Assembly: GCA_965235115.1 (NCBI GenBank)
Contig: OZ249453.1
Location: forward strand, 17,050,001 to 17,114,000
Direction: 5' to 3'
DNA: 64,000 nucleotides
Origin: Laetmonice hystrix
Lineage: Eukaryota
Notes under the pieces: generated by a model
What the model was told of the DNA's origin: nothing
Seen by the model: only the letters and a program-made list of their open reading frames with translations
The model's database searches: none
Translations under genes and position numbers: made by a program
Shown: positions 1 to 13,663 of the stretch, piece after piece
Numbering within the stretch: position 1 is the stretch's first letter
Layout of the letters: the number at the start of each line of letters is the position of its first letter

Positions 1-1230
1 AATATTGAGGTAAATATTTCAGACGCCAGAGAACTGTCAACTGAAGAGATCGGCATGTGGCTCATTCCATACGAACTACTTTTTCCCCATCACTTTGCTT
101 CTCTTTTACCTCTATTCTGTCTTCGAAATCGATAACTTTTTCAAGGGGAAACTGTCAAACTCTTTAACCAGTATTTAAAATGGCCGTGTTATAAAAGCAT
201 TATATATGATTCAAATTGCATCAAAGAAATGCGATAATTTGTTATCCTAATTTTCAGATCAGTGGACATGGTACAGTTTCCCTTTAATATGTCTGCTTTT
301 CTCCATTCTATCTTCCGGTTCTACTTAGAATCTCTTCTGTCGTCATCCAAAAATACAAGTAAAATATTTAAAAACAAGCGCTACAGATTGAACACCGCAC
401 GTTGATGTCTGTGTCACTATTTAAGAGACTTGGTTGACCATTTTCTTCCTGTTCATGCTACTTGGATCCCGGAGGCACGCTGCTGTCGGAGTATCCTGCC
501 TCTTCCTGATCGCTTGATGGTCTCTTTAAGAAACTGCACGTTCTGTTTAGAATCCTGCCCGCTGAGAAGCTGGCCCTTACAGGATAACTCATCAGTTGTA
601 TTTTTGTATTTTGTATTTTGTATTTTTCTCTTTTACTTTTTTTTCAGTTCCACCCGACAGAGGTTTCTTTTACGTTTCTTTTTTCATTTCCTTTAGTTCA
701 CGGAGACTCGACCTTGAACAGTGACCTTGTCATACCAGGAGGCTGACGGTATTTAATACTGGACTGCCCCTTGTTATAGATTGCTGATTTCAAAGACCTT
801 TCAGCTGAGTTTCCTCTGCCCGACTCCGGCAATGACGCTGAAGTCAAACAATTTGTGTCTTGTTTAACGAATTCTGCTTATTACCGTTGCTTAAAGAGGC
901 GGGGAAGTCGGTCGAGAGGTTGTGAAGCAATTGTCAGCCAATGCCACACAAATCATCAACTTGACCACATCTGTGTGCTTAATGAGGATCTTTGATGAAA
1001 TAAAGACAAGGGGGAAATTGTCAATTGACTCTCAAGTACAAGCGACAAAAAAGTTCTTTTGAGGCGGAGCTGTTGGCAGCGAGGCGTTCCTTTGAAAGCG
1101 TAATCGTTCTTTGTGGGAGAAATCATTAAGTCGTTTGTGTTTACTTCCCTCGTGACCGCAACTATTTCTGATAACAGATCACTGCTTTAAACTAGTGACG
1201 TCATAACGTCGTCACGGACGCCGCAGTACG

Positions 1231-1493
1231 TGCAAACGGTTAGCGTTCTTTTGAGGACGCGTAAGTTCCGTTGTAACGGGTACCTCTTATTTTGACCAGA
1301 TTGCGGATTTTCTAACTGGCGCCTTTTACTAGATTTACCAATTTGAGACTAAACTACACTAACCCGAAGCCTATCCTTAACCCTAACCGTGTCAGTAATT
1401 AGTCAATTTACATAAAATATAAACCTGGTGAAAATAGGTGGTACCCGTTACAACGGAACTTTCACGTCTCCAAAATAACATAAACCATGTGCA
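1231..1493. mobile_element. MITE-like element with terminal inverted repeats
   Basis: Perfect 22-bp inverted match AAGTTCCGTTGTAACGGGTACC (1263-1284) / 1440-1461, extending imperfectly to ~1231 and ~1493; no coding capacity; internal CCTATCCTTAACCCTAACC motif. No TSD resolved. Confidence 0.75.
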
Positions 1494-4408
1494 AACCCTA
1501 CATAATTTCGGCCCGTTTGTGCAATTCCTCTTTAAAGTGGCACCCCAAATTCATCAAATACTTACCTTTGAATCCCAGCGACGCCATGTTAAAATTACAG
1601 GTTCGAGAGATAAGCGGAAGTACTTTAAAAATGGAATGGAACAATATGTCTCCGCTTTCCTAACCACTTATAATTTTAGTAGGCTAATTTGACAACAAAA
1701 ATGTTTAAATGTTGACTTGCATGGGTCTTGTTGAAATTAACAGAAATGTGAAAACTAAGCCTCAGATTATTTTCCTCTTCCAATATTTCCAGATATGGAG
1801 ACAGGTAAATCTTTTGAAAACCTACCATCACTGTCATGATAAACTCACATTATGTGGCCGTGAATGTGTTTGATTTGCGATCGAATATATTTGAGGAAAC
1901 CCACCATGTATTACGGTTCTGAAACTAGTTTAACTTACCGAAACTAGATTCGCTGGCCTTTTATTTCAGTCTAAAGAAAGCAAGCAAAAGAAATCGGCAT
2001 GGCATGGGTAGTTTTAGAGGCTTGTGTGCAATTTAAATAATAAACAAATTAAAACTTAACGCTCTATTTTTTTTAACTATCAGCTTTGAATTTGTGTCTT
2101 ACAGATATTGCGACAGGTAATACTGAAGGTAGCATAATAGTATATCAGAATGAAATATGACTGCACTAAAACTGTGATGGCCCCTGCACTGCAAGGAGAC
2201 ATTGATATTGGTTGTATATTTCATAGACGCTACATACAGTTAGGACACTTTGAATTTAACTTGATCTGTTTCAGCGTCGGATCCAGGGTTTCGAGAACTG
2301 GGTTGGGGTTATACAGGGTTATATGGCATGGATACCTGATTCACGTAGTATTGTAGCCATAGTACACGTTTCCCAAGTATTGTGTTTTGATCGTTGTCCT
2401 TCACACATTCAAAGGGAGCTAAGAATGCTATGAACTTTACACTTGAAACAGCCAAGGTTATGGCGAGTACAATTGATAGACAAATTGATGGTATTAAGAT
2501 ACGGCGGTTGCAGCATGTGCACTTTATAATACAGATTGCACATGCCCTGGGCACCCCTTACAGAACCTGGCCTGCACTCGTTTATAATACAGACAATGTC
2601 AGTCATATTGCACTTATATAACTATTGGCATGTACACTTCCGGCAAATATACTTCCTGCCTGTACACACTATACATATACCGTGATGTATGGCCTGTACT
2701 AGTCGTGCAGTTTTTATTTATTGTATTAATCGTTCCCACATGTACAGGAACGGGAAACCGTTGGGTTTTCTTCCCTCTCAATGATGTTGTAATAAGGTGG
2801 GTGATTAAAACGAAGGGTGTAAAAACTCAAGTCAGCTACGAAACAATATTGGTGTCCGTAGTTCTATAGCTGACATTTAACTTACAACGACCGGAAAGGC
2901 CAGTGGTATATTGTTTTAAAAAGGTCTGAGATGAGACTCAGAATCTTGCCTGTATTTTACATGTATTTTATTTGATCTGTTCAGCTTTGTTATTTCCGGA
3001 TTGTCAAAGCTACAGTTCTTTTCGATTTCGACATGCATTTACTGTATCCAATGGTGCCTTGTTTACGATGAGTTTGTGAGCTTCATTGGTTGATCCGATA
3101 CTGCATATTATCCTTTTGTTTAGGCAGCCATGTGAGAGAAAAAGTTTAAAGTGCACATTCGGGTAATATCTTGTAGTATAGGAGTTTGTATTTATATGTC
3201 GGCAGAAGGTGTCAGGTGATGAAAATGTCCTCGGAGTTTCAACTTTGTCTTATGCCAACCATGTGAACCATCATGTGAACCGGAAGTCATCTAGATTGAT
3301 ATCCCAGCAGCCTTCACGTCTTCCGTGATCTCATTGCGTTACTTTCTGACGGGGTAAACAAAATGGTCAAAAGTCAGGCTGACGTTTTGGCGGCACTCCA
3401 CTGTTCGGGACACTTAGCAATAGTTAGATGCGGTAGCTCTTGGTATATGAAGCAGGTGGTTAGTCGTTTTTGTCTACGACAATCTCAATAACCATAATAA
3501 AATCAACGGAATATTATACATTAACACAGGGCTGAAAGGGAAACTCCTTAAGGGATTGGGAAATTCATTACCCCTTTCTGGGGAAATTCTAAAATTTGAG
3601 AATGGTGTGTTCTAGAAAAACCATAAGAGGAAAACGCCATGAAACAAGTTTTTAACTCTGATTACAATGTACAACGCATATTGTTTGTCTGATATAATAA
3701 TTATTATTACAAAAAACTCTTTACCAACAAATGATCATTCCTGTGACTCACTTGAACTTAATATTCCATTCAGGAACTCAGGGGTCTCTGGAGAAATTTA
3801 CAGTCGTAACAGAAGCCTCTTTATGCGAACATATTTGTTGTTGTTGTTGTTATCAACAATAAACTCGGAGATGCCTGGATAGGAGAGGACCTCCAAGCTG
3901 ATGTCGGCGGTTTTTGTCACGGCTGAAGAGTCATTGTATGGCAGAGTTCACAATGACGGTGTTGAATTATAGATATAGAAGCTTGTTGCCGAAGCCACCG
4001 TGACAACATTGGATACTCGCTTCTGACCTATGCTGGTATCGACTGCCTAACACCCGCTCTTTGCCTGAATATTACATTATACGCCATTATTGTTATTGCT
4101 GGGAAACTTCTATTTGTAGGTTTGTGCCTGCATAGCATAGAACGGTGTTTGGGTAGATAATTAGTGGTGGGAATTTGACCTCAGTGAGGTCAGACCGACG
4201 TGGGTGCGGGTAGAATGCATGTGATATTTGGTCATCGGTTCGAGAGTGGATTGGGAGCGTCGACACCCGGCAGCAGCAATATGTATACGAACACAGTATC
4301 CTCGGCCAGGGCAGTCCATTACAAATGGTAAGTTTTCTTCTTATTCTTTTAATCTTTCTACCGTAAACTAGGTCCGGGTTTACAAAGCTCTGCTTGGACA
4401 AACCAATC

Positions 4409-4525
4409 GGAGCCCGGTTTGTCAAAGCGTAAGTCTTCCTTAAGTTACGCTTAACGTTTCTGATTAGTTTCTGCTTTGACCAGCCAAACAGAAGCCTTAC
4501 GCTTAAGCTTAAGAAGAACTTAAGC
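4409..4525. mobile_element. Degenerate palindromic MITE remnant, possibly related to 62490-62580 and the GGCCCGGTT-ended MITEs
   Basis: Starts GGAGCCCGGTTTGTCAAA; 4432-4520 is an imperfect palindrome rich in CTTAAG; GCTTAACGTTTCTGATTAGTT resembles GCTTAAGGTTTCTGACTGGTT near 62555. Confidence 0.4.
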
Positions 4526-4705
4526 TGAATGTAAAGTGAATGCAGGGCATTACAGTCGGCCAGGCAAACTAGCATGGAAGCAAGGGGCAGAGTCCCATGG
4601 AAAAATTGTCCCCCTAGAGAAAGACCCTTCCAAAAATACTCGCTCCCTAGTTAGCAATGGCCATAATCGATACATGCTGGGGCTCCTCGAGATTCTGGGG
4701 CGCCA

Positions 4706-5168
4706 GGACATTTGGTCTCGAGTGGTGTGAGGACATTTGGTCTCGAGTGGTGTGAGGACATTTGGTCTCGAGTGGTGTGAGGACATTTGGTCTCGAGTGG
4801 TGTGAGGACATTTGGTCTCGAGTGGTGTGAGGACATTTGGTCTCGAGTGGTGTGAGGACATTTGGTATCGAGTGGTGTGAGGGCATTTGGTCTCGAGTGG
4901 TGCGAGGACATTTGGTCTCGAGTGGTGTGAGGACATTTGGTCTCGAGTGGTGTGAGGACATTTGGTCTCGAGTGGTGTGAGGACATTAAAGTCTCGAGTG
5001 GTGTGAGGACATTTGGTCTCGAGTGGTGCCAGGACATTTGGTCTCGAGTGGCGTGAGGACATTTGGTCTCGAGTGGTGCCAGGACATTTGGTCTCGAGTG
5101 GTGTGAGGACATTTGGTCTCGGGTGTTGTGAGGACATTTGGTCTCGAGTGGTGCCAGGACATTTGGTC
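4706..5168. repeat. Minisatellite, 25-bp unit GGACATTTGGTCTCGAGTGGTGTGA, ~18.5 copies
   Basis: Direct tandem periodicity (unit starts 4706, 4731, ...). Confidence 0.97.
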
Positions 5169-7756
5169 CAAACACCGTTACTTTGTCCCTCGGGGCATTT
5201 GTCCCATTATTTGCCCTATTATAGGGATATGTTTATGATAAAATAATGTACTCCTGGAGCACATACATAATGTATAGGCCTACAATAGGCATGGCTATAT
5301 GCAGCTGCCTGCAAATTGGCAAAATGCCGAGACGCTCCAAAAGCTGTGTCTTCGCTGGTTTGGACGAAGTACTCACCAGTGTGATATATTCCGTACACTT
5401 GTCTCAACTGTAGTATTGTCAGCGGGTTCACACTTCCCTAGCGGAGACCCCGGAGGGCTTGATACACGCACTGCTAATGACGCCATCTGGCGGGATGTGA
5501 TCCACCTTCCCTTCTCATCAAGCACTGAGACCCTGATCGCCTTTACCATCATCTATCCCTGACCCTCCAAGCCCTTTGACCTTAGCGTCAGTCTATATCA
5601 CGCTGCTCACTTTGAGATAAGAGAGAGAAGATTTCGCAAAATAAAAAGAACAAATATCTCGGTTCTGACTGTTTTAGTCACGGCATGCACAAAGAGCAGC
5701 GCTGTTTCAGACATGGTTCATGTAATGGTTGATATAGCCACACGGCAGTAGAGTGGACGGAAGGTTTGTGTGATAACACTCCGTGGAGATCTCCAGCCAG
5801 ACCTTCTGTCCGATAACACCATCTCAAGGTCAACTGTGGTTGAAAAAACAACATCTCAAGGTCAACAGTGACTGAGAGAACAACAGTGAGTGAACGCATC
5901 AAACAAACTGTTCCCATCTGAACTGAAATCCATCAAAGGATGGCCTTATCAGTGCCCACATGAAAGGGTTAGATATTGTAGGAGTAAAAAGAGAGTGTTG
6001 TGAAGGTGGAGACCATTTGAGGGGGGGGGGGGGGGGAGGGATGCAACATTCGACGTCAGGAGATAGAGGGCTCTGGGATAGCAAAGAACGGGGTTAGTCA
6101 ACAGTGTGGTTCATTCATTTGACGCTAGGTGGCAGCACAGCTAGTCTCAAACCGCCCACAATCTTTGTCGGCGTTCACGGGCCTGAACAGGTTTTATTAA
6201 TAAGATAATCCTCCTGTCATTGTAATAGTGATTTCCATGAATTATGTGGAATTTTAAAAAGGCAATTAAGGTGCTTTCTCATTAGAGAACTGAGAGAGCT
6301 TGAGCCGCAGATCCGTATCGTGGTTTGATAAAACTAAATTAAGTGAAATCCATGGCATGACAAAAGTACAGTTAACGTATTGTCAAACTTTAAATGAGGT
6401 GCTGGATTCGTCCCCGGCATAATGTACAAAACGTCTCAACGACTTTATATTTAGTAGTCAGTAATTACTATATATTGTATGCTCCCTTGGAGTAATCAAT
6501 CGGTTTAAAATACCACCTTAGGTATGTAACGGTATGCTTAGAAACCTGGTGACTTTAAGTTACAAACTTCTGAACAGGTTATAACGCAATGCCCGAATAG
6601 TTAATAAAATAGTCAATTATTGAAGCCGACTGGACCAAGCGGTGCCATGCGTGACTGTGGAAGGCGAGCGTTCAACACATTGCGAGAGTAAGTGACAAAG
6701 TGAATCGTTAAACTGGGAAAATATGGATAGAATCGATTCTAGTCAAGCTAATTATTAGGAAATAAAGAGGGTTGTTAATGAAATACGAGGAATCGATATT
6801 TTGCAATAAGAAATGTTAATTTGTAATATGGTGTAATATTTCATTGCGACTTATGCTATGTGCTAGTAGTCTTGGGGGTTTATAGAATAGTGCGCTGACA
6901 TTAAAGATTCTTTAGGATCTATTTTAAGAGAGATATAATTTTGTGTTTGCTTCACTAATCTCTGTTAGAGACGATTTACCACATGACTCTGTCTGGCCCA
7001 TGGCCCCGCCAGCAGACAGGCTAATCAAGAAGACGACATTGCCAGAAATTGGCTTGAAAGATACAACACACACGAGTGATAAACCATGCTTGACGTGTGT
7101 GATTTCCCATGGATCCTCTGAAACCTAAAGCAATGACCTGCACCTTCATCTGAATAATAACGTGAGGTTTTTTTACAGTTCAGTCTATGTTTGCCAAGTT
7201 TTATTAAACCAGCCAGCACCCACGAAGTAATTCCTGACTGAACCATACTTTGTTTGGTAAACAGGAACATCCCTAGCTCGAGTAACAGCCGAGCTGACTG
7301 TAGGAAACACGACCACACCATGGTCGCAACTTCTCCCTGGTATTGACATTTATGTTATGTCGAATGTGATTGGTCAAGAATGGGCTGGCAACTTGTTCCG
7401 TGCCATAAGTAAGGCCATTCTCCGGTCAATATCAGGTTCTGTGAGCGTGTTAACACACAGGAGGGCTGCTTGCCCAGACCGGAATCGTTGTGAGGAACTG
7501 CGATGGGAGGAGGAGGGCGAGATTCAAACATTGTCTATCGATTCATACTCTGGGTTCTGCCCTCCGTGTCTGTCCCAGCGTCTTATATTGGGTTGGGGAA
7601 GTAAATGGGATCTTCTGTATGACTAACGGCTTGGCCTGAATGTAAGAATCGATGTCATCATGTGGCTCAGCTTCTCTATGATGTTGCCAGATAAACTTGA
7701 GTAATACGTCACATTGCTACAAAACTGGGCGATTGGTCACATTGGTAGAGAATGAA

Positions 7757-8077
7757 CCGGTCGGTAAGCGGTTATCCCAACCCGGCTCCTGGGTCATACT
7801 GATACATAGTACATAGTATCGGTCACAGTGATACATAGTACACAGTAACGGTCACACTGATACATAGTACATAGTATCGGTCACATTGATACATATGACA
7901 TAGTATCGGTCACATTGCTGCAGAACCAGCCGGTCGGTAATCGGTTATTCCAACCCGGCTCCTGGGTCACAGTGTTAGTACACAGTAACGGTCACACTGA
8001 TACATATTATAATGTAATGGTCACAGTGAGATAGAGTATACAGTAACGGTCACAGTAAGACATATTATACAGTCACC
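7757..8077. repeat. Compound repeat: 29-bp subunits nested in a 173-bp duplication
   Basis: CCGGTCGGTAA(G/T)CGGTTAT(C/T)CCAACCCGGCTCCTGGGTCA at 7757 and 7930, each followed by diverged GGTCACAxTGATACATAGTACAxAGTAxC units (7821, 7850, ...). Confidence 0.85.
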
Positions 8078-8445
8078 GAACTCGATGTTCTACCCATCGG
8101 TTGTTGTTATTTAAGACCCGCAGTGTGACATAGATATACTGTAATTGAACTATACTATTCATAGTGATATTATAGTTATTATATCTCATATTTGCAAATC
8201 TTGCAGCGGTCACATCGCATTCAGTGAGTCGCATTGTCGACTTTGCGAGGGGGGATGGTTTAGTATAGTGGCCAACTGAATCCAGCAGTGCTGATTGTAC
8301 GACCGTAAAACTTCACAGAGCTGAGATTGATTATAACCACGTGAACGTTGACATGATGCCATTGATATCCCACAAGATGAACGGTCACATTGATATATGA
8401 CGCGGAGAATCTTCCGTACAGAGGACACGTTGATAAATGAAGGGA

Positions 8446-11294
8446 GACTGGCCGACCTCCGGGACGTGCGGTGGGGTTCGCTGGGTGGCGGGTTGGGACT
8501 GGCCGAGACGTGCGGTGGGGTTCGCTGGGTGGCGGGTTGGGACTGGCTGACATCCGGGACGTGCGGTGGGGTTCGCTAGGTGGCGGGTTGGGACTGGCCG
8601 AGACGTGTGGTGGGGTTCGCTGGGTGGCGGGTTGGGACTGGCCGAGACGTGCGGTGGGGTTCGCTGGGTGGCGGGTTGGGACTGGCCGAGACGTGCGGTG
8701 GGGTTCGCTGGGTGGCGGGTTGGGACTGGCCGACCTCTGAGACGTGCGGTGGGGTTCGCTGGGTGGCGGGTTGGGACTGGCCGACCTCTGAGACGTGCGG
8801 TGGGGTTCGCTGGGTGGCGGGTTGGGACTGGCCGAGACGTGCGGTGGGTTCGCTGGGTGGCGGGTTGGGACTGGCCGACCTCTGAGACGTGCGGTGGGGT
8901 TCGCTGGGTGGCGGGTTGGGACTGGCCGACCTCTGAGACGTGCGGTGGGGTTCGCTGGGTGGCGGGTTGGGACTGGCCGAGACGTGCGGTGGGTTCGCTG
9001 GGTGGCGGGTTGGGACTGGCCGAGACGTGCGGTGGGGTTCGCTGGGTGGCGGGTTGGGACTGGCCGAGACGTGCGGTGGGGTTCGCTGGGTGGCGGGTTG
9101 GGACTGGCCGACCTCTGAGACGTGCGGTGGGGTTCGCTGGGTGGCGGGTTGGGACTGGCCGACCTCCGGGACGTGCGGTGGGGTTCGCTGGGTGGCGGGT
9201 TGGGACTGGCCGAGACGTGCGGTGGGGTTCGCTGGGTGGCGGGTTGGGACTGGCCGAGACGTGCGGTGGGGTTCGGTGGGTGGCGGGTTGGGACTGGCCG
9301 AGACGTGCGGTGGGGTTCGCTGGGTGGCGGGTTGGGACTGGCCGAGACGTGCGGTGAGGTTCGCTGGGTGGCGGGTTGGGACTGGCCGACCTCCGGGACG
9401 TGCGTAGGGGTTCGCTGGGTGGCGGGTTGGGACTGGCCGAGACGTGCGGTGGGGTTCGCTGGGTGGCGGGTTGGGACTGGGCGACCTCCGAGACGTTCGG
9501 TGGGGTTCGCTGGGTGGCGGGTTGGGACTGGCCGACCTCCGGGACGTGCGCTGGGGTTCGCTGGGTGGCGGGTTGGGACTGGCCGAGACGTGCGGTGGGG
9601 TTCGGTGGGTGGCGGGTTGGGACTGGCCGACCTCTGAGACGTGCGGTGGGGTTCGCTGGGTGGCGGGTTGGGACTGACCGACCTCTGAGACGTGCGGTGG
9701 GGTTCGCTGGGTGGCGGGTTGGGACTGGCCGAGACGTGCGGTGGGGTTCGCTGGGTGGCGGGTTGGGACTGGCCGAGACGTGCGGTGGGTGAGGTTCGCT
9801 GGGTGGCGGGTTGGGACTGACCGAGACGTGCGGTGGGGTTCGCTGGGTGGCGGGTTGGGACTGGCCGACCTCTGAGACGTGCGGTGGGGTTCGCTGGGTG
9901 GCGGGTTGGGACTGACCGACCTCTGAGACGTGCGGTGGGGTTCGCTGGGTGGCGGGTTGGGACTGGCCGAGACGTGCGGTGGGGTTCGCTGGGTGGCGGG
10001 TTGGGACTGGCCGAGACGTGCGGTGGGGTTCGCTGGGTGGCGGGTTGGGACTGGCCGGGACGTGCGGTGGGGTTCGCTGGGTGGCGGGTTGGGACTGGCC
10101 GAGGCGTGCGGTGGGGTTCGCTGAGTGGCTGGTTGGGACTGGTCGAGACGTGCGGTGGGGTTCGCTGGGTGGCGGGTTGGGACTGGCCGACCTCCGGGAC
10201 GTGCGGTGGGGTTCGCTGGGTGGCGGGTTGGGACTGACCGAGACGTGCGGTGGGGTTCGCTGGGTGGCGGGTTGGGACTGGCCGAGACGTGCGGTGAGGT
10301 TCGCTGGGTGGCGGGTTGGGACTGGCCGGGACGTGCGGTGGGGTTCGCTGGGTGGCGGGTTGGGACTGGCCGGGACGTGCGGTGGGGTTCGCTGGGTGGC
10401 GGGTTGGGACTGGCCGAGACGTGCGGTGGGGTTCACTGGGTGGCGGGTTGGGACTGGCCGAGACGTGCGGTGGGGTTCACTGGGTGGCGGGTTGGGACTG
10501 GCCGAGACGTGCGGTGGGTGGGGTTCGCTGGGTGGCGGGTTGGGACTGGCCGAGACGTGCGGTGAGGTTCGCTGGGTGGCGGGTTGGGACTGGCCGAGAC
10601 GTGCGGTGGGTGGGGTTCGCTTGGTGGCGGGTTGGGACTGGCCGAGACGTGCGGTGGGTGGGGTTCGCTGGGTGGCGGGTTGGGACTGGCCGAGACGTGC
10701 GGTGGGTGGGGTTCGCTGGGTGGCGGGTTGGGACTGGCCGAGACGTGCGGTGGGGTTCGCTGGGTGGCGGGTTGGGACTGACCGACCTCCGAGACGTGCG
10801 GTGGGGTTCGCTGGGTGGCGGGTTGGGACTGGCCGAGACGTGCGGTGGGTGAGGTTCGCTGGGTGGCGGGTTGGGACTGGCCGAGACGTGCGGTGAGGTT
10901 CGCTGGGTGGCGGGTTGGGACTGACCGAGACGTGCGGTGGGGTTCGCTGGGTGGCGGGTTGGGACTGACCGAGACGTGCGGTGGGGTTCGCTGGGTGGCG
11001 GGTTGGGACTGACCGAGACGTGCGGTGGGGTTCGCTGGGTGGCGGGTTGGGACTGGCCGAGGCGTGCGGTGGGGTTCACTGGGTGGCGGGTTGGGACTGA
11101 CCGAGACGTGCGGTGGGGTTCGCTGGGTGGCGGGTTGGGACTGGCCGAGACGTGCGGTGGGGTTCGCTGGGTGGCGGGTTGGGACTGGCCGAGACGTGCG
11201 GTGGGGTTCGCTGGGTGGCGGGTTGGGGCTGGCCGAGACGTGCGGTGGGGTTCGCTGGGTGGCGGGTTGGGACTGGCCGAGACGTGCGGTGGGG
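8446..11294. repeat. GC-rich, strand-skewed minisatellite, 44-bp unit (48- and 51-bp variants), ~60 copies
   Basis: Unit GGACTGGCCGAGACGTGCGGTGGGGTTCGCTGGGTGGCGGGTTG; variants with ACCTCTG/ACCTCCG or GGTG insertions. Confidence 0.98.
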
Positions 11295-11355
11295 TGGGGT
11301 GGGGTGGGTTGGGGTGGGGTGGGGTGGGGGTGGGGGTGGCGGGTGGCGGGTCGGG
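11289..11355 (+). other. G-quadruplex-prone tract ending the 44-bp array
   Basis: (GGGGT)n-like run with more than ten G3-G5 tracts. Confidence 0.8.
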
Positions 11356-12063
11356 AAGTGTTCGGTTTACGTTCGCACGAGTAATGTCCATTGCACCACT
11401 TCCCCCAGCAACATTCACGACAAACATGATATGTGATTACCATGCCAACTGGCTTATCATTATAACAGGATTGTCGGTACCCTATGGGGGTACAGTACGG
11501 GTACAGACTCAGTTATTCCAGGATGGCCTGTCTCACCCCCCCCCCCCCGGGACCTTTAAAAAGTGTCCATTATCTCTGTCGGATAGTCTTACGTACTTCT
11601 GCTGCTACTTTAAGATATGACATATGCCATTCCTGGATGTTGTTTTTATTCGTGGAAATGTCATATGACTGTATATATCTCGTCCTAAGGGAATATCAGT
11701 CAGAAAGAAAAGTATATGTTTGTGAGGACGGGGACGGAGGGTTTATCGACTTCAGACCACCCCGTCTCGGGATGTCAGCCGTTGGGCAAGGAATGGAGTA
11801 AATAAAAAAAATCTCAAGAGATGCTATATGGCAACACAGACATGGGATGAGATGTTGAATTAGATGGGAGGCCTCCCTGTATACTAGCCTCAAGATACGG
11901 TGGCGGGTGGGGGTAGGCAGAGATGGGGAGATGTTGAGAACGTTTCAGCTTGCAATAGGACCTAAGCTGGTCTGGGGTTGGGTTCTGGAACCTCGAGCCA
12001 TTAGTGGATCAGGATTACTGATCATGGATCCAATAGTGGATCACCTAGTCCAGCTTGCTTGCC

Positions 12064-12367
12064 CTGGATCTAATAGTGTACTTTGGATCCAATAGTGTAC
12101 CTCTGGGTCTAATAGTGTACCTTTGGATCCAATAGTGTACCTCTGGATCCAATAGTGTACCTCTGGATCCAATAGTGTACCTCTGGATCCAATAGTGTAC
12201 CTCTGGGTCTAATAGTGTACCTTTGGATCCAATAGTGTACCTCTGGGTCCAATAGTGTACCTCTGGATCCAATAGTGTACCTCTGGATCCAATAGTGTAC
12301 CCCTGGATCCAATAGTGTACCTCTGGATCCAATAGTGTACCTCTGGATCCAATAGTGTACCTCTGGA
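12064..12367. repeat. Minisatellite, 20-bp unit GGATCCAATAGTGTACCTCT, ~15 copies
   Basis: Direct tandem periodicity; some 19-bp variants. Confidence 0.97.
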
Positions 12368-12629
12368 CTCCAAGGTAATAACAATTTCAAATGTCTTACA
12401 TAACTGAAAACATTTTCTTTGTGCCTTGAGATTCGAGTTAAAGCGGGGGATAAGCTAAACTGGTGCTTTATCTAAGTAAATAAAATACCAGAGTCAACTG
12501 TGATGTAACATATTGGGAATATTTTTGAATATGTTAACTATAAATAGATCCCAACATGCTTCAACTTATTTGAACTAATTTATAACGGTAACACTCACGG
12601 CTTGACTTTTAGAGTCATTTGTATACTTT

Positions 12630-13217
12630 GTTACCAACTCAAGTGAATACTAGGGCAGATTTCATTGTGACCTTGAACGTCGAGACAACCTTCGTTCACG
12701 TAGTCAGTGCCGTTACCAACTCATTAAGTGAATACTAGAGCAGATTTCATTGTGACCTTGAACGTCGAGACAACCTTCGTTCACGTAGTCAGTGCCGTTA
12801 CCAACTCATTAAGTGAATACTAGAGCAGATTTCATTGTGACCTTGAACGTCGAGACAACCTTCGTTCACGTAGTCAGTGCCGTTACCAACTCATTAAGTG
12901 AATACTAGAGCAGATTTCATTGTGACCTTGAACGTCGAGACAGCTTCGTTCCCGTAGTCAGTGCCGTTACCAACTCATTAAGTGAATACTAGAGCAGATT
13001 TCATTGTGACCTTGAACGTCGAGACAACCTTCGTTCACGTAGTCAGTGCCGTTACCAACTCATTAAGTGAATACTAGAGCAGATTTCATTGTGACCTTGA
13101 ACGTCGAGACAGCTTCGTTCCCGTAGTCAGTGCCGTTACCAACTCATTAAGTAAATACTAGAGCAGATTTCATTGTGACCTTGAACGTCGAGACAGCTTC
13201 GTTCACATAGTCAGTGC
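12630..13217. repeat. Minisatellite, 85-bp unit (84-bp variant), ~7 copies
   Basis: Unit starts GTTACCAACTCATTAAGTGAATACTAGAGC at 12712, 12797, ... Confidence 0.97.
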
Positions 13218-13663
13218 CTCAGGGTTGTAAGATCAAAAGACTCCAGACTCCAGAAAGGATGGCTTGCCTTGATAGTAGAAAGACGTCATACGTCATAATA
13301 TGATCATGGAATGTGATTCTATACTTGGACTCAACAGTGCTGGCAAGGTCTAAAGACAGAAATATTGATTTTTTTTATTGAATCTGAGCCTAATTAGATC
13401 CACTATAACAGGAACCTCCCAACTACCGTTTCTTCCTTGGTAAAGTGATTCTTCAGCAATACAGTCATGTGTCTGAGTAGTCAACGTCTTCATTCTTTCT
13501 TTCTTTCTTTCTTCTTTCCCTCTGGTTTCTTGCACTATTTTTAGTCTGTGAATTGTTACTCCTAATACACTAATTCGATATAACATAGATGGTAGGAAGT
13601 CTAGGCTTATTACAGTTTGATTGATTATCATGAAATAGACTGTCCATAAGTAAGCACAGTTTT

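Noticed and set aside
8385-11620. 683-aa, 336-aa and related Pro- or Gly/Trp-rich ORFs
   Set aside because: By-products of a stop-poor GC-rich 44-bp repeat that drifts between frames on both strands.
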